Source: a bacterium
GTDB taxonomy: Bacteria; Patescibacteriota; Dojkabacteria; SC72
DNA length: 64,000 nt
Direction: 5' to 3'
Assembly: GCA_021108295.1 (NCBI GenBank)
Contig: JAIORF010000102.1
Span: 7,260-71,259, forward strand
Positions 10,219 to 20,030 of this stretch are shown one piece after another. The number at the start of each line of letters is the position of its first letter. The first letter of the stretch is position 1. The position numbers and the translations under genes are program-made. A model generated the notes under the pieces. It made no database searches, had not been told where the DNA came from, and saw only the letters and a program-made list of their open reading frames with translations.

Positions 10219-10561
10219 AATTGCTTTCTAAATCAAAGAGATATCTTCCAATGAGGGTTCTTTCGCTAGAAATGATTGTAGTAAGTTCCCTAATTTCTTG
10301 ATTATCTGCCATACGGATAATTACAATTTCAAATATGGGGTCATCTATATCTCTTATACCTTGCTCTATTAGAATATATCCATCTTCTTTGTCTGTATAA
10401 TGGCCGATAATCCAGCCATCGCTATCAGTCTCGTCCTTATATCCAGGAGTGAACTGTTGGGATAATGCTATGGATACTACAGGCGAGAAATCTTCAAGAT
10501 CATTATTAATCTCTTGTGGCAGTGGTAATCTTAATATTTCAGATTTACCATTTTCTATCAT
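10175..10561 (-). CDS. Hypothetical acidic protein
   Basis: 128-aa ORF filling the gap, divergent from proS. Confidence 0.55.
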   Translation of the reverse strand: MIENGKSEILRLPLPQEINNDLEDFSPVVSIALSQQFTPGYKDETDSDGWIIGHYTDKEDGYILIEQGIRDIDDPIFEIVIIRMADNQEIRELTTIISSERTLIGRYLFDLESNSIQSLDQTPNVEQP

Positions 10562-10600
10562 TGCTTAATTATCATATATTCTGTTAGAATAATCAATACT

Positions 10601-12319
10601 ATGAAATACTCACAAATATTTACAAAAACGGACAAGAATGCGAAGAAATATAACTCTGCTAATGCTACGCTACTAACTAAAGGTGGCTTTATTGATCAAA
10701 CAATGGCAGGAGTTTACACATTTCTACCTTTAGGTACTAGAGTATTACGAAAAATAGAGAAGATTGTAAGAGAAGAAATGGATAAGATAGGGGTAGAGAT
10801 AGTGATGCCAGCCCTATCGCCCAAGGAAGCTTGGATTAATACTGGGAGATTGGAGGAGGTAGACATTCTTTTTAAGGTATGTGGTGCTAATGAGCTTTCT
10901 AGAAGGGTTAATAGTGCAGAATATATCTTAAATCCTACACATGAGGAGATAGTTACACCATTGGCTATGAAGTTTAGAAGGAGTTATAAAGATTTTCCAT
11001 TTGCACTCTATCAGATACAGACTAAGTATAGAAATGAGGCTAGACCAAAGTCTGGGATACTAAGGGGTAGGGAGTTTCTAATGAAAGATCTTTACAGTTT
11101 TCACACATCCATAGAGGATTTTAGAGAGTATTATGAAAAAGCTAAACAATCATACTGGAATATATTCGAGAGGTTAGAGATTAAAGAGGATACTGTGCTT
11201 GCAGCTGCATCAGGTGGTACATTTACAACAGAATTTTCTCATGAGTTTCAGACAAAGTGTGAGACAGGGGAAGATTTGATTTTTCAAGTACCAAGTACAG
11301 GGGAGGCGTTTAATAGGGAGGTTGCACCATCGAAAGCTCCAGAAAGTGCTCAAGAGAGTGAAATGAAAGAGATGGAGCATAGGAATGAGCCTGGGATAAT
11401 TGGAGTAGAAGCTCTGTGTAGGGTGTTTAATATAGAAGATTTCCAAACAGTCAAGACTCTTGTATTTGAGACCGATAGTAAGGAGCAGCCTGTAGTGGTT
11501 GTAGCTTTGAGAGGAGACTATGATATCAATGAAATGAAGCTTATGGAGATTGTAGGATGTAGTAAGATGAGATTGGCTAAAGAGGAGGTGGTAGAGAAAA
11601 TAACAGGTGCAGAGATAGGGTATGCAGGTATAATAAATCTGCAAGAAGGAGTGCCGGTGTATATTGATGACTCTATAGAATCTCTTGTCAATTTCGAATG
11701 TGGAGGGAATCGTACTGACTATCATATACTAAATGTGAACTGGGGTAGGGATATAGAAAAGCCTGAAAAGTTCCACGACATCAAAGTCGCTAAGCAAGGA
11801 GACTTATTTCGTGAAACAAATGAAGTGTATGACACCTTCAGAGCTAGTGAAGTGGGTAACATATTCCCTCTATTTGATAAATTCTCTAAGGCGCTGGGGT
11901 ATAACTATGTAAATAAAGAGGGTATAGAAAAGCCCGTCATTATGGGTTGTTATGGATTTGGTATAACACGTGTACTCGGGGTACTAGTTGAGAAGTATCA
12001 TGATGAGAATGGTATTGTTTGGCCATACAGTGTAGCGCCGTTTCACATCCAATTATTGCATATAGGAGAGGATGGGTATAAACGAGCAAAGGAGTTGGAA
12101 AGAGAATTAGAAGCGAATGGGTTTGAAGTTTTGTGGGATGATAGAGAGAGTGTGAGCGTTGGGGAGAAATTTGCAGATGCAGATTTGATAGGTTGTCCAT
12201 TTAGGATAGTGGTGAGTGATAAAACTCTCACTCAGGAATCTGTAGAGATTAAGAAAAGGAATGAATCTGAACCTAATATTGTCCCTATGGATGAAATTGT
12301 CTCTTTCCTAAGGGTTTAA
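10601..12319 (+). CDS. proS: Proline--tRNA ligase with editing insertion domain
   Basis: PTHEE, QIQTKYRNEARP, REFLMKDLYSF, GCYGFG. Confidence 0.96.
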   Translation: MKYSQIFTKTDKNAKKYNSANATLLTKGGFIDQTMAGVYTFLPLGTRVLRKIEKIVREEMDKIGVEIVMPALSPKEAWINTGRLEEVDILFKVCGANELSRRVNSAEYILNPTHEEIVTPLAMKFRRSYKDFPFALYQIQTKYRNEARPKSGILRGREFLMKDLYSFHTSIEDFREYYEKAKQSYWNIFERLEIKEDTVLAAASGGTFTTEFSHEFQTKCETGEDLIFQVPSTGEAFNREVAPSKAPESAQESEMKEMEHRNEPGIIGVEALCRVFNIEDFQTVKTLVFETDSKEQPVVVVALRGDYDINEMKLMEIVGCSKMRLAKEEVVEKITGAEIGYAGIINLQEGVPVYIDDSIESLVNFECGGNRTDYHILNVNWGRDIEKPEKFHDIKVAKQGDLFRETNEVYDTFRASEVGNIFPLFDKFSKALGYNYVNKEGIEKPVIMGCYGFGITRVLGVLVEKYHDENGIVWPYSVAPFHIQLLHIGEDGYKRAKELERELEANGFEVLWDDRESVSVGEKFADADLIGCPFRIVVSDKTLTQESVEIKKRNESEPNIVPMDEIVSFLRV

Positions 12320-15175
12320 TCACTGTTTCTTTTTAAGCCATTGTCCAGTATAGCTTTCCTTGCAATTCATAATATCTTCAACGCTTCCTTGAGCAACAAT
12401 GTTTCCGCCATTCTCTCCTCCATCTGGACCGAGATCAATTATCCAATCAGCTTGTTTTACTACATCAAGATTGTGTTCGATGATAATTACAGTGTGACCT
12501 TTCTCAACTAGACCACGAAGAAGAATGAGGAGTTTATCTACATCGTAGAAATGAAGACCTGTAGTTGGCTCATCTAAAATATATACTGTATGTCCCCGTG
12601 CCATCTTGGCAAGTTCTTTTGAAAGTTTTATTCTTTGGGATTCCCCACCAGAGAGAGTGAGTGCTGATTGTCCTAGTTTGATGTATCCAAGACCCACCTC
12701 CTGCAAAACATTTAATTTCCTATAGATGGTTGGAATATTTTCAAAAAACTTTAGAGCTTCGTCTACAGACATATGAAGAACTTCTGAAATATTCTTTCCT
12801 TTGTAATCAATGTCGAGGGCTTCTTTATTGTATCTTTTCCCATCACATTGGTCGCAGGTGATGTACATATCGGGTAAAAACTGCATCTCTACCTTGATTT
12901 GGCCGTCTCCCTTACACTTTTCACACCTTCCACCCTTCACATTGAAGCTAAATCTTCCTGCTTTATACCCTCTAGCTCTCGCTTCTTGGGTTTGGGCAAA
13001 AAGATCTCTAATTGGTGTAAAAACGCCGGTATATGTGGCTGGATTGGACCTTGGTGTGCGTCCAATAGGGGATTGGTCAATGCTTATGACCTTATCTATG
13101 GCATCAAGGCCGTCTATATCTTCGTACTGTCCTTCGATTTGTTTTCCATGCATTTTGCTATTCATCAGGGCAGGGTAGAGGGTGTCATTTATTAAAGAAG
13201 ATTTCCCACTTCCAGATACTCCTGTGATGCAGGTGAGCGTATTTGTTGGAATTTGAAGGTCAATTTGTTTGAGGTTGTGAGTTGTAACTCCAGTCATGTA
13301 GATACGGTCTTTTTGAGTGACACTCTTTTTCTTTTGGATCTCGCTGTTAATCTTAGACCCTACAGTACACTCCTTGTTTAGATACTTAGCAGTATACGAA
13401 TTGGATTGCTTTATATCTTTTATACTACCTTGTGCTACAATTTCCCCTCCTTTATTACCTGCATTGGGACCAATATCTACTATGTAGTCAGCATGATGCA
13501 TTGTTTCTTCGTCGTGTTCCACTATGATCACAGTATTTCCAGAGTCTCTTAAGTTCTCAAGAGAGCCTAGGAGTCTACTTACATCTCTCGAATGTAGCCC
13601 AATAGAGGGCTCATCGAGAACGTATAGCACACCTGAAAGGCCTGTGCCAATTTGAGAGGCAAGTCTAATTCTTTGTGATTCTCCACCAGAAAGGGTATTG
13701 GCTTTCCTAGAGAGGGTAAGGTAGTTTAGTCCTACATTTGTAAGAAATTCAAGTCGTGAGTTTATCTCTTTGAGGATAGGTTTAGAGATTGTTCTGCTAT
13801 TTCCTTTTAGCTTAAGATCGTTTAAGAACTCTTTTAACTCTGAAATAGGTAGTTGGGTTAGGTCTATGATGTTCTTTTCTCCTAGGCGTACAGAGAGAGA
13901 GTATGGTTTAAGTCTTTGGCCATTGCATAGGTGACAAATGATATCTTCCATATATTTCTCTATTTCAGTTCTTCTATACTCAGAGCTTGTTTCTTTATAT
14001 CCTCGTATCTGTTCATTTACTACCCCTTCGTATTGGATGTCGTAAGTTCGTTTTCTACCAAATCTGTTGGTATATTCTATTTTGTAGTAGGGGTTAGTAC
14101 CTTTTCCAAAGAAAATTAGATCAAATATTTCCGTTGGATAGTTTTTGATACGTGTTTTAAGATCAAAGCCGTGTTCCACAGAAAGTGATTCTAGGATTCT
14201 CTTGCTCCAAGAGTCTTTTGCCATTCTATTGGCCCAAGGGAAAATTCCTCCTTCGAGTATTGTTAGGTTGGGGTTATAAATTTTTTGTACATTTACCTCT
14301 TGCACATGTCCCAATCCCGCACAATTCGGACATGCCCCTTCTGGAGAGTTGAAAGAGAAGGTTGCGGGCGTTATCTTGGGGTAGGAGAGGTTGCAGTTAA
14401 AGCAGGTGAACTTTTCTGAGAAGAAGTGATCTTTATTTTTACTTCTAACGATTATTTCTCCATCTGACATATTGGATGCTACCTCCAAAGAATCGATTAA
14501 ACGTTTATGGAATTTCTCATCTTCAAATTGTAGAGTGTTTAGTCTGTCGACTATAAGTTCTATATTATGCTTTTTGTTTTTGTCCACAGGAATGTCGTCT
14601 ATATCATCAAGGTGGTAGGTATTCCCATCTACAATTACTCTTAGGAATCCCTTGTTGAGAAGTTTCTCAAAGAGTCCAGAGTATTCTCCTTTCCTATTTT
14701 TTACTAAAGGGGAAAGGATTTGAAATTTCTCTTCGTTTTTGAATTCGGATTCTACGAGGTCAGCAATTTGTTGTATTGTTTGTGATTTAATTATCTCTCC
14801 ACACTTAGGACAGTGTGGTACTCCTAGGTGTCCGTAAAGGAGTCTAAGGTATCCATAGATTTCGGTGATTGTTCCTACGGTAGATCTAGGATTCTTGCTT
14901 GTGGTTTTTTGGTCAATTGAGATGGCAGGAGAGAGTCCTGTTATGGATTCTACATCTGGTTTTTTCATTACTCCTAAGAATTGTCTTGCGTAAGAGGAGA
15001 GTGATTCTACATATCGTCTTTGACCTTCTGCATAGAGGGTGTCAAAAGCCAAAGAGGATTTACCACTTCCGGATACTCCAGTGAATACTATTAATTTGTT
15101 TTTTGGTAATTCTAGCGAGACATTTCTAAGATTGTTTTGTCTAGCGCCTTTAATTACGATTGTTTCGTTTTGCAT
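12320..15175 (-). CDS. uvrA: Excinuclease ABC subunit A
   Basis: Two GVSGSGKSS Walker A motifs, LSGGESQR twice, zinc fingers. Confidence 0.97.
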   Translation of the reverse strand: MQNETIVIKGARQNNLRNVSLELPKNKLIVFTGVSGSGKSSLAFDTLYAEGQRRYVESLSSYARQFLGVMKKPDVESITGLSPAISIDQKTTSKNPRSTVGTITEIYGYLRLLYGHLGVPHCPKCGEIIKSQTIQQIADLVESEFKNEEKFQILSPLVKNRKGEYSGLFEKLLNKGFLRVIVDGNTYHLDDIDDIPVDKNKKHNIELIVDRLNTLQFEDEKFHKRLIDSLEVASNMSDGEIIVRSKNKDHFFSEKFTCFNCNLSYPKITPATFSFNSPEGACPNCAGLGHVQEVNVQKIYNPNLTILEGGIFPWANRMAKDSWSKRILESLSVEHGFDLKTRIKNYPTEIFDLIFFGKGTNPYYKIEYTNRFGRKRTYDIQYEGVVNEQIRGYKETSSEYRRTEIEKYMEDIICHLCNGQRLKPYSLSVRLGEKNIIDLTQLPISELKEFLNDLKLKGNSRTISKPILKEINSRLEFLTNVGLNYLTLSRKANTLSGGESQRIRLASQIGTGLSGVLYVLDEPSIGLHSRDVSRLLGSLENLRDSGNTVIIVEHDEETMHHADYIVDIGPNAGNKGGEIVAQGSIKDIKQSNSYTAKYLNKECTVGSKINSEIQKKKSVTQKDRIYMTGVTTHNLKQIDLQIPTNTLTCITGVSGSGKSSLINDTLYPALMNSKMHGKQIEGQYEDIDGLDAIDKVISIDQSPIGRTPRSNPATYTGVFTPIRDLFAQTQEARARGYKAGRFSFNVKGGRCEKCKGDGQIKVEMQFLPDMYITCDQCDGKRYNKEALDIDYKGKNISEVLHMSVDEALKFFENIPTIYRKLNVLQEVGLGYIKLGQSALTLSGGESQRIKLSKELAKMARGHTVYILDEPTTGLHFYDVDKLLILLRGLVEKGHTVIIIEHNLDVVKQADWIIDLGPDGGENGGNIVAQGSVEDIMNCKESYTGQWLKKKQ

Positions 15176-15226
15176 CTCGATTTATATTATATCATGAAGA
15201 TGTAGTATAATGAGGGGATTTGGTAG

Positions 15227-15300
15227 GCACCTGTAGCTCAATTGGATAGAGCAACGCACTCCTAACGCGTAGGTTATCGGTTCGATTCCGGTCAGGTGCG
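15227..15300 (+). tRNA. tRNA-Arg(CCU)
   Basis: Acceptor gcacctg/caggtgc; anticodon loop ctCCTaa. Confidence 0.9.
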
Positions 15301-15304
15301 AAGA

Positions 15305-16849
15305 TTAATGTATTGTGTACACAGTTATCTGTACTCCGTCTTCTGTGATATTTGTGAGAGTGATGAGTTCATCTCTAGAGCGTGTGATTGTCCAGTATAT
15401 GATGTTTTCACTACTAATTAGTGGTGTTTTGTTGTCACCATCCTTGTCAGCGATGTATATGAAGTTGTCTTCTTTAAAGGAGATGTAGCTTGAGTTAGAG
15501 ATCCAACTTATATCTTCTATTTGATCAAAGAGTAAGTTTCCAATATCTTTAGTTCCTATAGTGACGGTATGGTCTCCATTTTCTTTATCGAATGTAAAGA
15601 TTTCATATTTCTTAGAATTCTCTAGAAGTAATTTATCATTATCAGGGGAGAACGCTATTAGTTGTACAGGGTAAGGAGATACAGTGATGTATTTGTCTGC
15701 TACAATATCATACCAGTATGTAGATTGAGTAGTTTGGATATATACACCTTCGCTACTTTGGTTGACGTAGAAGTCTGTAATTTCTCCTATAGTTTGTGTG
15801 CATTCTGGAGAGTTTGTAAAGAAGCTAAAATCAAAGCCTGTAGATCTGTAGTTCTCAATGTATTCTGTATTGTTCTGGAAATATACTGTAGGTATTACCT
15901 CTGTCTGGGAGGATCCATCAAGTTTGTATTGGAACAAAGCATATTTTAGAATGTCGTTAGGCGATGTTTCTAAGTGTTTGACGATGTAAAAGAAGCCTTC
16001 TTTGTCTGTAATCCATTTATCTAGTGGGTTTGTTTTCTTTAGGAGTAAAGACTTTGTACCTTTGTTGAAGTCGTATGAGAGAACTTCGGTCTTGGACTCT
16101 AGTATTAAGTATTTATTATCCAATGACCAAGTAGTGTCGTAATCAGAGAATTTAGAGAGATTTATTTGGTTTATAGCGAGATCTTTGTACTCAGAGGATT
16201 TATTTGTTGGGATTATATAGTTACTAGAGGCTGTACTATTGACGATATTTAGAAGGGCGAATTCTCCTGAGTGCGAGAGTAGTAGATCAATATCTTCAAT
16301 TATTCCCTCCTCTGTATCCTCTAGGCTCAAAATTACGGTAGATTTTATACCTAGTTCCCAGAATTGTGTATTAAGATCGTAATGTAGTAATTCGTAACGA
16401 GTTTCATCTTTAAGTAAGAGCAGTAAATGATTATCAGTATCATCTATCCAATATTTCTGTAGGATTTTGTCTGAACTAAACCCAATCTCTGACTTAATCT
16501 CTGATAGTATTAGCCAAGGGAATACGGGGGTAGATTTTTCTTCTAGAATTGTTACATCCTTTATCCAATCGTAGTAACCCTCTTTACTTACTTTGATAGA
16601 GTATGTGCCGACATTTAGTGCAGTGCTTTTACTTGTGCGTCCTATAGTTTCGTCATTTATCTCTATTGTTGCTAGGGTGGGAGAGCTTTCTACTGTAAGT
16701 ACACCTGTTTTTCTGACAGAATGGTTCGAAAAATCGATTCTCCAACCACTTGCGTATAGAAAAATTACTAGAGTTCCTGTATATATAGAGAGGGTGAGTA
16801 GAATAGATGTGAGCACTGGGAGGAGACTTTTGGACTTATTTGATTTCAT
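15305..16849 (-). CDS. PEGA-domain membrane protein with beta-propeller-like C-terminus
   Basis: TM then YASGWR..TGVLTVESSP..GTYSIKVSKEGYYDW. Confidence 0.75.
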   Translation of the reverse strand: MKSNKSKSLLPVLTSILLTLSIYTGTLVIFLYASGWRIDFSNHSVRKTGVLTVESSPTLATIEINDETIGRTSKSTALNVGTYSIKVSKEGYYDWIKDVTILEEKSTPVFPWLILSEIKSEIGFSSDKILQKYWIDDTDNHLLLLLKDETRYELLHYDLNTQFWELGIKSTVILSLEDTEEGIIEDIDLLLSHSGEFALLNIVNSTASSNYIIPTNKSSEYKDLAINQINLSKFSDYDTTWSLDNKYLILESKTEVLSYDFNKGTKSLLLKKTNPLDKWITDKEGFFYIVKHLETSPNDILKYALFQYKLDGSSQTEVIPTVYFQNNTEYIENYRSTGFDFSFFTNSPECTQTIGEITDFYVNQSSEGVYIQTTQSTYWYDIVADKYITVSPYPVQLIAFSPDNDKLLLENSKKYEIFTFDKENGDHTVTIGTKDIGNLLFDQIEDISWISNSSYISFKEDNFIYIADKDGDNKTPLISSENIIYWTITRSRDELITLTNITEDGVQITVYTIH

Positions 16850-16886
16850 AGTGTGTTAGTATAGCATAAGTTGGTATAATAGAGGT

Positions 16887-17903
16887 ATGATAGGAAAGAA
16901 ATTAGGAATTGATTTAGGTACGGCCAACTCTGTGGTATTCGTGCAGGGGGAGGGTATCGTATTTGTAGAGCCAACTGTTGTGGCTATTGATGTTAATAGT
17001 TACAAAGTTATTGCTGTAGGAAAAGAAGCAAAGGAGATGATTGGTAAGACTCCTGAGAATATTGTAGCCAAGAGGCCTCTTAGGAATGGTGTTATCGCAG
17101 ATTCTCGGGTGACAGAAGCCTTGCTTAAATACTTCTTTGATAAGGCTTTGGGTAAGACTAGGTTTTTCAAACCGGATGTTGTGATAAGTGTGCCTGCAGG
17201 TATTACTACTGTAGAGCAGAGGGCTGTACTTAAGGCTGCTAATGCTGCTGGTGCAAAGAATATTACACTTCTTCCTGAACCACTGCTTGCTGCACTTGGT
17301 GCAGAACTTCCAATTAATACTTCCTCGGGTAATATGATAGTTAATATGGGAGGTGGTACTTCAGAAATTGCAGTAATCTCTTTGGATGGAATTGTAAGGT
17401 ATGATTCCTTGAGGGTGGCTGGAGATGCTATCAATGAGGCGATAATAGCATATATGAGAAAGAGAAAGGGTGTATTGATAGGAGAACAGACTGCAGAGAA
17501 AGTTAAGTTTGAAATAGGATCTGCACTTGAGATTGAAAAGCCCCTAGAGATGGAGGTAAGGGGTAGGGATGTTGGTGCAGGAGTACCTAAGGCAGTATTG
17601 GTTAATTCTAATGATATTGCTCAAGCTGTTAAGATGCCACTGAGAAAAATTATACAGTCCATTAAGGGTGTTCTTGAGCAAACTCCTCCTGAGCTTTCTG
17701 CAGACATTATAGATAGGGGTATGGTAATGAGTGGTGGTACTGCAGAGTTGAGAAATCTAGACAGATTGATATCCAAAGCTACAGGTGTTCCAGCCCATGT
17801 TGCTAATGAACCAATATTTTGTGTAGCTAAGGGTACTGGTATGGCTTTAGAGCTAATCGCTTCTGGACAAAGGGTCTTTGTCTTTGAAAAAAAACTTAGT
17901 TAG
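16887..17903 (+). CDS. mreB: Rod shape-determining protein MreB (stand-alone paralog)
   Basis: GIDLGTANS, RPLRNGVIAD, GGGTSE, PPEL. Confidence 0.93.
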   Translation: MIGKKLGIDLGTANSVVFVQGEGIVFVEPTVVAIDVNSYKVIAVGKEAKEMIGKTPENIVAKRPLRNGVIADSRVTEALLKYFFDKALGKTRFFKPDVVISVPAGITTVEQRAVLKAANAAGAKNITLLPEPLLAALGAELPINTSSGNMIVNMGGGTSEIAVISLDGIVRYDSLRVAGDAINEAIIAYMRKRKGVLIGEQTAEKVKFEIGSALEIEKPLEMEVRGRDVGAGVPKAVLVNSNDIAQAVKMPLRKIIQSIKGVLEQTPPELSADIIDRGMVMSGGTAELRNLDRLISKATGVPAHVANEPIFCVAKGTGMALELIASGQRVFVFEKKLS

Positions 17904-19084
17904 TGTATATTAACAGTATGATTAGTATGTTTAGTAAAAAAGGAAGAAGTGAGAGAAAGTTAGAAGAAGTAACAAAGCTTCTTCAACGGCTTCGTATTCC
18001 AATTGGGTTGGTATTTACACCAACAAATCTCAAAGAAGAGAAAAAGAGGTTCTTTAATTCAGAAATGTATGAGCCTAATTTTGAGTATAGGGGGATAAAG
18101 AATAAGAATAATGAGATATTTAGAGAGTTGTCTGGTCTAAAGACTATTACAGATATTGACCCAAGGATTTCTGATTTCTATATTGAGTTAATAGAGTCAA
18201 AGAAAGACTCTAGTGCTTTAATGCATGGTGTGGGGAATAATGAATTGGTGACAGAACTGTCATTGAAAAAGTATGGAAAGGTTTCTCCGAAGCTTTTTAG
18301 AAATGCTAGTAGAGTGCTTAGGGGTAAGTTGGATAGTTATAATGTTGTTCAGGCAACTACTGTTGATAAAGGTAAGGTCTTGAATTACAATCAAATAGAT
18401 GAGGTTTTCAAGGTCGCTTTTGAAAGTCTTGGACTATCGGATTGGTCTATATTCCCTTCCAAAAACATTTCAAAGAATGCGGTTAAGGTTGGAATTAAAC
18501 GTAAACAGATATTTGTTGATCCAAATATCACACGATCAGAGTATAAGTTAAAGAAACTTCTTGTGCATGAGATTGGTACTCATGTTTTGCGATCACACAA
18601 TGGTTTTAAAACTGGGTTCCCAGCTTTAGGTAATGCTAATTTGCCCTCATATCTTGATGTAGAAGAGGGTCTTGCGACTTGGAATGAGGAAGCTATGGGT
18701 TTTCTTACTGATAAATGGCTTAAGAAGAAAGCTGGCTTGGTATGGGCAATATATATTGGAGAGGAGATGACGTTTAGGCAGTTGTATAATGCATTGTCAG
18801 GTAGTTTCTTAAAATATTCTGCATGGGATATTGCTTATAGGGTCAAGAGAGGACTAGGGGATACCAGTTATTCGGGAATATATGTGAAGGATGTAGTTTA
18901 TTTCAGGGGTTTTAGGAAGGTAAAGCGTGTATTGGAGAAGGATAGTGCAATGTATGAGAAGCTGTATGCTGGTAAGATAAATATTAAACAGACTAAGTGG
19001 GTTGATGAGGGGTTGTTACCAAAGCCACCAATTGTGCCGTCTAAGGAGTTGTGGAATGATATTTTTGAGAAAGCTAATCTCTAA
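17903..19084 (+). CDS. DUF1704/MATCAP-like metallo-carboxypeptidase
   Basis: VHEIGTHVLR (HExxxH), EEGLA, RVKRG, YVKDVVYFRG, LYAGK. Confidence 0.8.
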   Translation: MYINSMISMFSKKGRSERKLEEVTKLLQRLRIPIGLVFTPTNLKEEKKRFFNSEMYEPNFEYRGIKNKNNEIFRELSGLKTITDIDPRISDFYIELIESKKDSSALMHGVGNNELVTELSLKKYGKVSPKLFRNASRVLRGKLDSYNVVQATTVDKGKVLNYNQIDEVFKVAFESLGLSDWSIFPSKNISKNAVKVGIKRKQIFVDPNITRSEYKLKKLLVHEIGTHVLRSHNGFKTGFPALGNANLPSYLDVEEGLATWNEEAMGFLTDKWLKKKAGLVWAIYIGEEMTFRQLYNALSGSFLKYSAWDIAYRVKRGLGDTSYSGIYVKDVVYFRGFRKVKRVLEKDSAMYEKLYAGKINIKQTKWVDEGLLPKPPIVPSKELWNDIFEKANL

Positions 19085-20030
19085 AGGCTGTAATCATAGC
19101 TTCTGCAATGTTTATAGGCTCTCCATCTGTAATTTTAGTCTCATAGGCTTTGAAACCAGGATGTAAGCTAATCTCTTGTATATATGGTTTATCGTTTTTA
19201 AACATAAAGTCTACTGCGATGAAGTCTGCATCGAAGATATTAGCGACCTTCTGTGCAATTTGTGTGATTTCTTCGTTTGGTTCGTTGTACATATGATAAC
19301 TTCCACCACTTACTGTCATAAAACCTTTTGTTGCCTTACGTTTCCAACCACCAATTACTTTACCAAACTTTACAAATATGCGTACGTCTTCTGGATTGGT
19401 AGAGAATTCTTGTAAAAAGAAGGCCTTATGGTCTTGTTTACATAAATGTTTTTGGTTTAGATCTTTTACATTGTCTAGTTTGTATACATTCTTTTTTACT
19501 TTCTTCTTACCAAATTTCCTATCAATTCTGTTTACTCCTGCGTATTCTTTGATAATTAGGGGGTAGTTGTTTAATACATCTCTAGCTTTAGTGTAATCGC
19601 CACTAGTAGAGTAGTATGTGTCAAAATATGGGATTTTGTGTGTAGCAAAGATTTGTGCAGTGTAGATTTTGTTGTAGTAGGGGAGTTTCTTGATAGCGTT
19701 ACTGTTATATACCAAGATCTTGTTATCAGGGTGAGATAAATTGTATTGATCAGTCCAGTCGACTATCAGTCTTTTCATCTGGTATTCTCTTGGACTATGT
19801 AAATTGTGACCTCTGAGTATGATATGAGAGTATTCTGTGATATGGTTACCTGCGAATTTTAGATGTGTTTCACCATCGAGTAGGAAGAATTCTATTTGGT
19901 TGTTGTATACAAAATCGTATGGAATATCTTTTTTGTCCAATTCCTCCATCATCCGTTTTACAGCTGAAGGGTATTTACCAACTCCTTTGACTTTTACTCG
20001 TGGTTCTTTGTCTATGATGAGGTATTTCAT
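19074..20030 (-). CDS. RimK-like ATP-grasp ligase (divergent)
   Basis: YPLIIKE, FFLQEF, DVRIFV, FIAVDFM, IQEISLHPGF. Confidence 0.75.
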   Translation of the reverse strand: MKYLIIDKEPRVKVKGVGKYPSAVKRMMEELDKKDIPYDFVYNNQIEFFLLDGETHLKFAGNHITEYSHIILRGHNLHSPREYQMKRLIVDWTDQYNLSHPDNKILVYNSNAIKKLPYYNKIYTAQIFATHKIPYFDTYYSTSGDYTKARDVLNNYPLIIKEYAGVNRIDRKFGKKKVKKNVYKLDNVKDLNQKHLCKQDHKAFFLQEFSTNPEDVRIFVKFGKVIGGWKRKATKGFMTVSGGSYHMYNEPNEEITQIAQKVANIFDADFIAVDFMFKNDKPYIQEISLHPGFKAYETKITDGEPINIAEAMITAFRD

